From contig JALCBY010000016.1 in the NCBI GenBank assembly GCA_028066055.1, positions 2,833 to 66,832 on the forward strand: a stretch of 64,000 nucleotides of DNA, in the 5' to 3' direction. Position numbers and translations under genes: made by a program. Shown piece by piece: positions 7,424 to 15,994 of this stretch (position 1 is the first letter of the stretch; each line of letters opens with the position of its first letter). The notes under the pieces are model-generated. The model did no database searches, was not told the origin of the DNA, and worked only from the letters and a program-made list of their open reading frames with translations. The DNA is from Hyphomicrobiaceae bacterium (GTDB taxonomy: Bacteria > Pseudomonadota > Alphaproteobacteria > Rhizobiales > Methyloligellaceae).

Positions 7424-8770
7424 ATGGAAAGAAGCGCACACAATCCCGAATGGTATTCCGAAGTTCCGCGCTCGGCGCGCGGAGCCACGCTGTTCGGAAT
7501 AGCCATAGTTGCCGTAACGATTCTCGGATTTGGAATTTGGGGCTCGACGGCCTTGATCGCCGGTGCGATCGTCTCGACCGGATCTTTCGTCGCGACAGGC
7601 GAAAACAAGATCGTTCAGCACCTGGAAGGCGGCGTGATCGACAAGATCCTGGTTCGTGAGGGTGACGTTGTCGAAAAGGGGCAGGTGCTCGTTCGTCTTG
7701 ACGGGACCGCGTCGAGGACCGAGTTGAGACGGCTTGAACTGCGCGAAGCCACGATGATGGCAATGGAGGCGCGCCTCAAGGCTGAAATGGATGAGAAGGA
7801 CGTCGTCGTCTTTCCCCAGAAACTTCTCTCCCAGGAAATCGATCCCGACTTTTCCGAAATACTGGCGACCCAGCGCCAAGTGTTGAAGGCGCGCCGCAAC
7901 AGCGTGAAGCAGGAGATTGCCACGCTCAAGGAAGGCATGGACGCGCTGGAGCAGAGGGTGAAAGGCGGACGGGTTCAGCTTCAGTCCGTTCACACCCAGC
8001 TTGAGATCTTCGAGCAGGAGCTGGAGTCCAAGTCTGACCTCCTCAAACGCGGGCTGATCCGCAAGCCGGAAGTGCTTGCGCTGAAGCGGGCCAAGGCGAG
8101 CATGCAGGGTGAAATCGGACGTCTGAATGGCGATATCGGCGATGCCCGCGAGCGCATCGCACGCATCCAGGAACAGATCATGAGTGTGCGCAATGATGCC
8201 ATCAAGAGCGTCATCGAGAAGATGCATGAGGTTACGGCCGAGTTGAAGGATGTGCGCGAACGGATCCGCGCGGCGCGGGATGTCTTGGACAGAGTCAATA
8301 TCATCGCGCCGGTGAAGGGCGCGGTTATCCGGCTGAGTTATCACACGCCCGGTGGCGTCATCGAAGCCGGCAAGAACATCATGGAAATTCTGCCGCTGCA
8401 GGAGGAGCTGATCATCGAAGCGCGAATCCAGCCCAAGAACATCGATGGCGTGAAAGTGGGGCAGAGGGCAGCGGTCCGGCTGACGGCGCTGAACCGTCGC
8501 ATTACGCCCATGATTGCCGGTGAGGTGATCTATGTTTCAGCCGACTCGGTTGGTGGCAGCAAACAACAAACAAGCACCGGCGGTGACCCGACGGACGAGT
8601 ACGTCGCACGTATCAAACTGAACGCGCGCGAAGCAGCCGACATTCCCGGTTTCTCGCCCACGCCGGGCATGCCGGCGGAGGTCTATATCAAGACGGCCGA
8701 CCGGACGTTCCTGGAGTATCTGACGAAGCCGTTGCTCGACAGTATGGCACGCGCGTTTCGCGAGTCCTGA
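7424..8770 (+). CDS. type I secretion membrane fusion protein (HlyD family)
   Basis: It has an N-terminal TM helix (TLFGIAIVAVTILGFGIWGSTALIAG), a lipoyl-like VQHLEGGVIDKILVREGDVVEKGQVLVRLD segment, a long coiled coil, and C-terminal IIAPVKGAVIRL...PGMPAEVYIKT. It starts 25 nt after the ABC gene. Confidence 0.9.
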   Translation: MERSAHNPEWYSEVPRSARGATLFGIAIVAVTILGFGIWGSTALIAGAIVSTGSFVATGENKIVQHLEGGVIDKILVREGDVVEKGQVLVRLDGTASRTELRRLELREATMMAMEARLKAEMDEKDVVVFPQKLLSQEIDPDFSEILATQRQVLKARRNSVKQEIATLKEGMDALEQRVKGGRVQLQSVHTQLEIFEQELESKSDLLKRGLIRKPEVLALKRAKASMQGEIGRLNGDIGDARERIARIQEQIMSVRNDAIKSVIEKMHEVTAELKDVRERIRAARDVLDRVNIIAPVKGAVIRLSYHTPGGVIEAGKNIMEILPLQEELIIEARIQPKNIDGVKVGQRAAVRLTALNRRITPMIAGEVIYVSADSVGGSKQQTSTGGDPTDEYVARIKLNAREAADIPGFSPTPGMPAEVYIKTADRTFLEYLTKPLLDSMARAFRES

Positions 8771-8885
8771 CTGGTCACTTCGCAAGAACCGCCAATATCG
8801 GAATGCCGGTCGGCCGCACACGAGGCCAATTCCGGGAGGATGAGCAGCATTCAATGATGCCAGGTTCACGTGCGGTACAACAGAG

Positions 8886-9503
8886 CTATGCTTGTGCGCC
8901 ATTTCTCGCAAACGAGATTTTGCGGCGTGCCCACAAGAAAAACCGCAGTCCCGCTCCCGACACAAGGACCACGATGAAAACTGCGGACATCGCCGCCTTG
9001 TGCGTCGTCAGGCTTAGCTGATTTTGCAGCGCAACGGCGTAGGAGACCAAGAACAGGAACCACAGATAGTGCATGCCGACGCGATGCAGCCGTTTCCACC
9101 AGCGTCCGAGGAGCTGCATTGCGGTATTGCTGGATGTCGCGGCCATCGCGTAGATCACGACGACGCCAAGTGAGTTTCCGATCAGGCGCGGCATGTTCTC
9201 GAAGACTGATTCAGAAGAGACGGCAAAGAACGCAATGACGAAACCGAAATGAACGCTCAGTGCGATCGCGACACAGAGGCCGAGCGTCCGCCGGCTCGCC
9301 ATCAATTCCTTGTATCCGGTCAGTTCACGCACGGGTCGGGCGAGATAGACCATGAGGAAGCACAAAAAGGCGACGCAGGCGGTCATCCGAACGCCATTGG
9401 TTATGTCATGCAGCGTAAGTCCATGAACGCTCAACACAATCGACAATATGATACCCGCTGACGCCGCCAGGTAGATCGCGGGCGTTTTCGAGATTCTCGA
9501 CAT
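8886..9503 (-). CDS. integral membrane protein (multi-pass; possibly ferric-reductase/MsrQ-like, uncertain)
   Basis: The track ORF is 8886-9572. I prefer ATG 9503 (MSRISKT...), which has GAAGGAG 7 nt upstream. There are several hydrophobic helices with conserved-looking His residues. The functional call is weak. Confidence 0.6.
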   Translation of the reverse strand: MSRISKTPAIYLAASAGIILSIVLSVHGLTLHDITNGVRMTACVAFLCFLMVYLARPVRELTGYKELMASRRTLGLCVAIALSVHFGFVIAFFAVSSESVFENMPRLIGNSLGVVVIYAMAATSSNTAMQLLGRWWKRLHRVGMHYLWFLFLVSYAVALQNQLSLTTHKAAMSAVFIVVLVSGAGLRFFLWARRKISFARNGAQA

Positions 9504-9599
9504 CTGATCAGCTCCTTCAACGGGGCGCAATTCACGACCCGCGGGCGGTGAAATCATGTCGCCGCCGGTCACTTTGTCGTTATTTCAGGGGTCCAGGCT

Positions 9600-11765
9600 C
9601 TATGACATAGAACTTGCCGCGACGGGCACCGCGGCGTTGTTTGCGACATCTGAAGGTACTTCGACCTCTTCAAGATCGAAATAGAATGTCGATCCTTTGC
9701 CGACTTCCGACTCGACATGGATTTCGCTGCCGTGCTTCTCGACGATCGCCTTCACGATCGACAGTCCGAGGCCGGTTCCGCGTCTTGCTCTCGAATCCGA
9801 CGCATCGATCTGGACGAAGCGCTCAAACAACTCGGACCGCTTCGCCGGTGGAATTCCACAACCCTTGTCGATCACAGCGCAGCGCAGGAGGCCATCTGAG
9901 CGCGCGATACGCACGACGACTCTTGAGTTTGGTGGAGAGAATTTTGCCGCGTTGGAGAGAAGGTTCGCGAAAACTTGCGTCAGGCGATTTGGGTCGATAC
10001 GGGCATGGGCCGTCCCGAGACACCCCTGAAGCTCGAACCTGACATTGTGCTCCGCCGCGTATGCGGCATTGTCTGTAATCGCGTCACGCGCAACGGCGAC
10101 AACGTCTTCCACGGCGAAGGCAAACTCCAGTTTGTTGGAGCGAATCTTTTCAACGTCGAGAATGTCATCCACCAATATGGCCAGGCGTTTGGAGTTGCGG
10201 ATTGCCACGTCAAGCAGTGATTTGGCCTCATCCGGCAAATCTCCGATCTCATTGGAATTCAAAAGAAGAAGCGAGCCAGACAGGGAGGTAAGCGGCGTTC
10301 GCAACTCATGGCTGACCACAGAAACGAACTCGTTTTTCACCCGCTCCATGCGCTTGGCTTCCGTAATGTCCTCATGGGTTGTTACCCAACCGCCGTTCGA
10401 AAGTGCCTGGCGGGAAATGCGAATGAAGCGGCCGTCAGTCAGTTCGTGAGTTACGGACGTGTCACCATGTTTGCGATTCCCCCAGGTCAAGCGGTCGTCG
10501 AGATAGGCTTGCGGATTGCCGTCAGCGTAAATCCCGTTGGCGATCCGTCTTTCGACGATCTGTTCTATCGTCATCCCTTGTGTGATCGCGTCGGGGGAAA
10601 GACCATACAGTGTCGCGTAGCGCTCGTTGAAAACGATCAGCCGGTTCTCCCGATCAAACACGCAGACGCCGTGCGACATGTTTTGCAACGCCACATTGAA
10701 ACGCTCGTTCTGATCCCGAAGTTCGTGCTCCGCCCTCATCCGGTGCTCATTTTCGACGGCGAGCTGTTCATGGGAGACCACCGTTTTTTTCAAGCGGTCA
10801 AGCATCGCGTTGAAGGCTTCCGCCAACTCCCGTAACTCTGCGGCGCCTTCGGCGGGAAGCCGCCGGTCGAGGTCGCGCGCCTCGCTTATTTTTCTGAGTT
10901 CCATTGTGAATTTCGAAAGCGGCCTGGTCGTCAGATAGGCAACAAAAAAAGTACCGGCTGCCAGAGCGGCCAGTGCAAGCAAAAGTGCGAAGTAGAGAGA
11001 TCTTTCCAAGGCATTGATGGGTGCCAGCGCGGAAGCCTTTGACTCGGCGACGACAATCGTGAGGTCATAGCCGGGTATCTCGGCGGTTGAGAGGACCCAG
11101 CCCGATATTTCCTTTGCATCGCGTTCGTAGCGACGCGCGAAGCTCAGGTCCGACGCGAAAACCTCACCCGCTTCATCGCGAATCAGCACTGCGTGTGTCC
11201 CAAGTGAAATGGACAGCAACTTTGAAAGTTCCGGTTTGCCGAGCTCAACGACAATCATGCCCTCGGCGAAGCCCTGGTAAACAACCGGTACAGCAAGGGT
11301 AGCACCGCGGGTATCTATGCGAACGTAGTCTTTCTTCTCCTCCATGAGCTTTTTGAGCCAAGGCGCGCCAACAAAGTTGCCGTTCAGCGCGTTCGATGCG
11401 ATCCGGCGTCCTCGATAGTCCGCAAAGCTGATCTTCTCGCCGGATCCCAGACCTGCAACCTGAAGCTGGTTGAAATAAAGCGGGATGTGTACCTCGCGCG
11501 CCTCCATATCGACGAGCCCGTTTATGACGAGGTCATTCGCCGCGACGCTTCTGGCAGCCTGCAGAACAGCGTTCAGTTTGGCCGCGGTTGCGTGTGCGCC
11601 GAACTCCGCATCCTGTTCCAGATTGGATTGCATCTGCTGCAGGAACGAGTGCTCAACCTTCATCTTGGTGACAAGACCGATGATGAGCATTGCCAGGGCG
11701 GCAACGGGCAGAACCCGGAGAAGTACGCGTGGCAGCAACCTTCCGGATTTTCTCCCGGCAATCAT
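9600..11765 (-). CDS. sensor histidine kinase (periplasmic sensor domain - HAMP - PAS - HisKA - HATPase_c)
   Basis: It has two TM segments flanking a ~230-aa periplasmic region. It has a HAMP-like [21 protein letters not shown] segment and a PAS-like [31 protein letters not shown] segment. The H-box is [13 protein letters not shown], and N/G boxes are NLLSNAAKF and [10 protein letters not shown]. Confidence 0.9.
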   Translation of the reverse strand: [721 protein letters not shown]

Positions 11766-12997
11766 TGGGTCGCCGGTTCCGCCATTGGCACGATGGCGCC
11801 GCGCTTGTCGTAGCGGCAGAGCCTGAAGTCAGACCGGTCGAGAGCATCGTGGCGGGAGGTGGTGAAGGGCGGATCGTAGGTCCGAACCAATCCCTCATAC
11901 CGGCCAAGCCGCTCAAGTGCGGATCGGACTTTTCCCCGGTCTGTGGTTCCCGCCTTTTGAATCGCAAGCTTTAGAATGTGAACGAGATCGTAGGCATGGG
12001 CCGAACCGACCGGTGAAACGATTTTCGCGTTTGATCCGCAAACCCCGAAATTTGCACAATAGGCCTTTTTGAATTTCTCCGCCTTGCGTGGAAAGGGAGG
12101 CTGGTAGAAGGAGTAAGTCTGGAGGAAGGTCAGTTCGACATTGTGAAACGCCTTCGGATCCTTTTTTACGATATTGGCGCCGGTAATGCCCCAGTGAGAT
12201 ATGATGGGGACCCGCTTGTTTGCCGGACGTGCGGCCATATCCCGGATGACTGTCAGTCCCTCCGGCGCGTTGGCGACGAGCATGATCACATCTGCGCCAG
12301 CATCAAGAAGGGCATTGATCTCGCGCGTGACACTTTTCTGGCTGGTATTGAACCATTGGATGCCCGCGGGCTGCATGCTCTTTTTTGACATGGCTGCGAC
12401 CATCGCCTTCCGGTTCGATCGACCCCACCCTGTTCGCCACAGCAGCAGTCCGGGTTTGCGGAAACCTCGTTCCAGCGCCTTGTCGATGAGATACCCGCCG
12501 GCAAACTGGTCGCGGGCCGAGACCCGAAAGACGAAATTGGGCTCAAATCCGTTGTCCACGATCGGCGTACCCGCGGCCCACGGCCCCAGGTAGATCAGTT
12601 TGTGTTCGTGGATCGCTTTGAGCTCCGCCAGGGCGACGGGCGTGTGTAGTCCGCCCAGAATGGCAACAAGGTTCTGATGCTCGGCGAAAGCGTGGATGTT
12701 GTCGACGCCGCGCGCCGGGATGCCGCGATGATCCTTGATTGAAAGCTTGAGCTTACGTCCCAGTACGCCACCCGATTGGTTGATTTCCTGAATGGCAATC
12801 TGAGCACCCCGTCTGATCGCTTCTCCCGACTGGCCGATTTCGCCGCTCATGGCCGCGTCAAGACCGATGACGATGGGGAGTTGACTTTGCGCTTCGGCAG
12901 CGCGTGCAAGCAAGAGAGCCCCTGCGGAGATGCAGAGTGCTAGGAGGGCAATCGCCGTATCGGTAAGGAAATCGTTGATGGATTTGGCCGGTGTCAT
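11762..12997 (-). CDS. periplasmic binding protein, Leu/Ile/Val-binding (type 1 PBP) family, embedded in the two-component operon
   Basis: The sequence PIVIGLDAAMSGEIGQSGEAIRRGAQIAIQEINQSGGVLGRKLKL... is typical of LivK-like PBPs. There is a signal/anchor segment (AIALLALCISAGALLLARAAEA). I prefer ATG 12997 (GAGGGG RBS) over the track start 13093, which removes the overlap with the Hpt gene. Its stop overlaps the kinase start (ATGA at 11762-11765). Confidence 0.85.
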   Translation of the reverse strand: MTPAKSINDFLTDTAIALLALCISAGALLLARAAEAQSQLPIVIGLDAAMSGEIGQSGEAIRRGAQIAIQEINQSGGVLGRKLKLSIKDHRGIPARGVDNIHAFAEHQNLVAILGGLHTPVALAELKAIHEHKLIYLGPWAAGTPIVDNGFEPNFVFRVSARDQFAGGYLIDKALERGFRKPGLLLWRTGWGRSNRKAMVAAMSKKSMQPAGIQWFNTSQKSVTREINALLDAGADVIMLVANAPEGLTVIRDMAARPANKRVPIISHWGITGANIVKKDPKAFHNVELTFLQTYSFYQPPFPRKAEKFKKAYCANFGVCGSNAKIVSPVGSAHAYDLVHILKLAIQKAGTTDRGKVRSALERLGRYEGLVRTYDPPFTTSRHDALDRSDFRLCRYDKRGAIVPMAEPATQ

Positions 12998-13061
12998 TGA
13001 ATATCCCCTCTTGAGTGGCACCCCGGAATCCGGCCCAGTTTCGAGGCGAGGTGCATCGGTT

Positions 13062-13451
13062 TCAGGTCTGATGCGTTCCTTTGAGTTGGGCAATGTCGAG
13101 CTGATACAGGGTTGAGTCCTCAGGTACCGTTCGACCCGCGACTACCTTCATCTCTTCCAGCAGACCGTAGAGTGACCGAATCTGCTTCTCATCGGGCTCC
13201 GTCTCCGCGGCCCGGCTTTCAATCAGCGCGTCTTCGAAATCTCGTGCTGCAGTGCTCAACGGCCCGAAACCGAGAGATCCGCTGGAACCGTTTATCTTAT
13301 GAACAATTTCAATGACTTTGCACGTCAGCGCGTTGTAGGAATCGCGTCTTAGGACAGCTTCCGCGAACGTCGCGGCCGCGGTCTCAACCTCGTCTGGCAA
13401 GGAGGCGCAATGTCTGGCCAGTATGGCGCGGAGCTGATCGTTTCCGGACAT
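13062..13451 (-). CDS. histidine phosphotransfer (Hpt) domain protein
   Basis: 129 aa. It carries the Hpt signature IVHKINGSSGSLGF (HxxKG-type phospho-His). Confidence 0.8.
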   Translation of the reverse strand: MSGNDQLRAILARHCASLPDEVETAAATFAEAVLRRDSYNALTCKVIEIVHKINGSSGSLGFGPLSTAARDFEDALIESRAAETEPDEKQIRSLYGLLEEMKVVAGRTVPEDSTLYQLDIAQLKGTHQT

Positions 13452-13461
13452 CCGTTGCTCG

Positions 13462-13848
13462 CTACACCTGCCCGTTCCAGATTGACTGTACCTGCTCGGG
13501 CAGCGTCACCGGATCGAACGGTTTGACAATAACCCCCGCACACCCCAGAGCGGTGTAGCGTTCCACTTCGCTTGGCTGGGCTTTCGCCGTCATGAAGATG
13601 ATCGGGGTGTTCTGAAGTTCGGGAAGTTCCCGTAGCGCCTTGAATGTTTCGATGCCGTCCATACCGGGCATCATCACGTCCAGCAGTATCAGATCGGGTC
13701 TGAAGCCGGGGGCCTTCCGTACCGCTTCCGTGCCGTCCACGCAGACATCGACATCAAAGCTGCCGAGCGTCTCCAGCCCAATCCGCGCGACCTCGCGAAT
13801 ATCGGGCTCATCCTCGACATAGGTGATGCGTTTCAGTGCTTTCGCCAT
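13462..13848 (-). CDS. single-domain response regulator (CheY-like receiver)
   Basis: 128 aa. It has the acidic pocket YVEDEPD, the phospho-acceptor context LILLDVMMPGMDG, and the T and K residues (FMTAK, VKPF). Confidence 0.9.
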   Translation of the reverse strand: MAKALKRITYVEDEPDIREVARIGLETLGSFDVDVCVDGTEAVRKAPGFRPDLILLDVMMPGMDGIETFKALRELPELQNTPIIFMTAKAQPSEVERYTALGCAGVIVKPFDPVTLPEQVQSIWNGQV

Positions 13849-13990
13849 TGTCGCGCCGCGTGCTCCCTCCAGCCGATATCGAACTCTGTATTCGGTTCTG
13901 GTGAGGGAGACTCGTCGAGTCGCAATAAGAATCAGTTAGCGCATGCGTGTGGACTGAGCGGTTGCGGCAAGACTGCCGGAAAGAAACGTC

Positions 13991-14014
13991 ATTCCGCGGG
14001 AAAAATCGCGGAAT
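13991..14014. promoter_or_regulatory. inverted repeat in the divergent promoter region (candidate operator)
   Basis: ATTCCGCG (13991-13998), 8 nt, CGCGGAAT (14007-14014). It lies in the 331-bp gap between the REC gene (-) and the REC/TackOD1 gene (+). Further CGGAAT copies follow at 14019 and near 14108. Confidence 0.3.
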
Positions 14015-14179
14015 TCCTCGGAATGCAGCGGTTTAACGGGTTCGTAACCACGATTTCACATATCCACTAAACCGATGGTTGCAGTGCCAATTCATGCTCG
14101 CGTTTTACGGAATCCTTCCAGTTGCACTCTATTGTCTCGCCCCTGAACCAATCGGGATGCGAGGGAAGGGGTTCACTTG

Positions 14180-15994
14180 ATGACGGCGGCGAAGCGGAAA
14201 GCCATTTCCGGCAACGAATCAACTGCGCGTTCGAAGAGCAAGACAAAATCTTCCAGTGAGGGCTGTGCGGAGGTCGCGCAGCGAATCCTTGTTGCCGAGG
14301 ACAGCCCGGTTACGCAGGACCTGCTGAAACTGGTCCTTGAACAGCGTGGGCATCAGGTCGACGTGGTCGCAGACGGTGAAGCGGCGATAAGAGCTCTGCA
14401 GGGCGGGTCCTACGATACGGTTCTGCTCGATTTTCACCTCCCCAAGGTCGACGGGCTGGAAGTGGCAACCCGGTTCCGCCGGGATAATGCCGGAAAGACC
14501 GCTGCACGGTTTGTTGCGATAACCGCGGATATCAAGGGTCTGCTCAGCCACTCGGCGAACTGCGAAAACTTCGACGAGGTGATCCCCAAGCCGCTGGACC
14601 TGCAGGAGGTTCTCGGCGTAATCGAGCGCGAGCAATCGGACGCGCTCAATGTTGCGAAGACAACCGTCCGCGAAGTCGGGGCCGGGAAAGCGAATGCGCC
14701 CGCAAGTGCGCTATCGGCGAAGTACGAGTATCTGCGTTGGCCGGAGGATTTCAATTCCGAGCGGCTCTCTGCGCGGGGAATGCATGCGAGCCTCTCTGAC
14801 GGTTCCTACGATGCCATCGTGCTGAATGAACCGGCCACCGTTCGTGATCTTTCGGTTATCTGGACCACAAAAACCCTGCACCTGTTGCCGATCATCGACA
14901 TGACGGGTTCGCTGGCGAAGCAGGCTGATGTTGACGGTACAGGTCTGAGCGTCGGAGAGACGGGCGAAATCGACCGTGTGATCGAGGCGTTCAAGTCCCG
15001 GCGGGCGGAATTGCACGACGACCTCGTCTTCAGTGATGATATCGGCGAGAAGCTGATCGGGCGCGTTTTCGTGAGCGGCGGGTCACTGACCGCACGTCAT
15101 GATCACACCAGCCGCGAACTGGTATCTTTCAATACGGTCCTTGATTTCCGCAGCGCCGACAAGGAAATCAGGGATCTCCTGACACGCGGGCTTCTGGCTC
15201 AGGACTTCTTTGATCGTTTCCATGTCTGCGACAGATGCGGGTCCTCGCACTTCAACGTTCGTGAGGAATGCGCCGACTGCGGGTCCTCTCATCTCGAGGA
15301 AGAGGCCTATCTGCATCATTTTAAATGCGCTTATCAGGGGCCGGAGTCGGATTTCCGGCAGGGCGATGATCTCGTTTGTCCGAAATGCCGGATGGAGCTT
15401 TCGCACTTCAGTGTGGACTATGACAAGCCGGGCTCGATGCTGCAGTGCGGAGGATGCGGACACGCCACGTCCGAGCCCGCAGTCGGGTTTGTCTGCATGG
15501 AGTGTGACGCGCACTATGACGGCGATTCGGTTCGGACCCGCGATGTCTTCTCATACGAAATGACGCCGCGCGGGATCGAGTTTGCGAAAGGCGGGCACGC
15601 GCTGCAGGACGGCGGCAATACGGCGCTGCGTTTTGCGGATCTGCCGCTTGCCCTGATCGTCGCGATCAATACCGAGCTGAAAAAACACGAGGCGGACGGG
15701 ACGCAATTTTCGCTGCTGAACATTTCATACCGGAATGGACGCGAGATCGAACAGGCAGAGGGCGTTCGGGCTTTTGAGAAATCGCGCGAGTTTCTGCTGG
15801 AGATTTTCCGCAATACGGTGCGCAAGGGGGATGACGTGGTCAAAGGCAACGCGTCCGACTTCATCCTGCTGAAACAAACGCCCAATGGCGAAGCGCGTGC
15901 CGGACTGGAAGATTTGAAGGCCGAAGCGTCCTCGTCCTTGCGCGTGGATCTCGGTTTGGAGTTTGAACTCTTCGGGCCTGAGGACTTCAGCTAG
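14180..15994 (+). CDS. response regulator: REC - linker region - multi-CxxC zinc-ribbon (TackOD1-like) - degenerate GGDEF-like domain
   Basis: REC: RILVAEDSPVTQ..VLLDFHLPKVDG..IPKPL. There are five CxxC pairs between 15227 and 15505 (CDRC, CADC, CPKC, CGGC, CMEC), as in the TackOD1 output domain. The C-terminus is GGDEF-like, with GNASDF in place of GGDEF and RKGD (RxxD) five residues upstream. I prefer ATG 14180 (the track gives TTG 14177). Confidence 0.8.
   Translation: MTAAKRKAISGNESTARSKSKTKSSSEGCAEVAQRILVAEDSPVTQDLLKLVLEQRGHQVDVVADGEAAIRALQGGSYDTVLLDFHLPKVDGLEVATRFRRDNAGKTAARFVAITADIKGLLSHSANCENFDEVIPKPLDLQEVLGVIEREQSDALNVAKTTVREVGAGKANAPASALSAKYEYLRWPEDFNSERLSARGMHASLSDGSYDAIVLNEPATVRDLSVIWTTKTLHLLPIIDMTGSLAKQADVDGTGLSVGETGEIDRVIEAFKSRRAELHDDLVFSDDIGEKLIGRVFVSGGSLTARHDHTSRELVSFNTVLDFRSADKEIRDLLTRGLLAQDFFDRFHVCDRCGSSHFNVREECADCGSSHLEEEAYLHHFKCAYQGPESDFRQGDDLVCPKCRMELSHFSVDYDKPGSMLQCGGCGHATSEPAVGFVCMECDAHYDGDSVRTRDVFSYEMTPRGIEFAKGGHALQDGGNTALRFADLPLALIVAINTELKKHEADGTQFSLLNISYRNGREIEQAEGVRAFEKSREFLLEIFRNTVRKGDDVVKGNASDFILLKQTPNGEARAGLEDLKAEASSSLRVDLGLEFELFGPEDFS

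Noticed and set aside
7331-8344. 337-aa antisense ORF inside the HlyD gene
   Set aside because: It is a shadow of the well-supported MFP gene and has no domain signatures.
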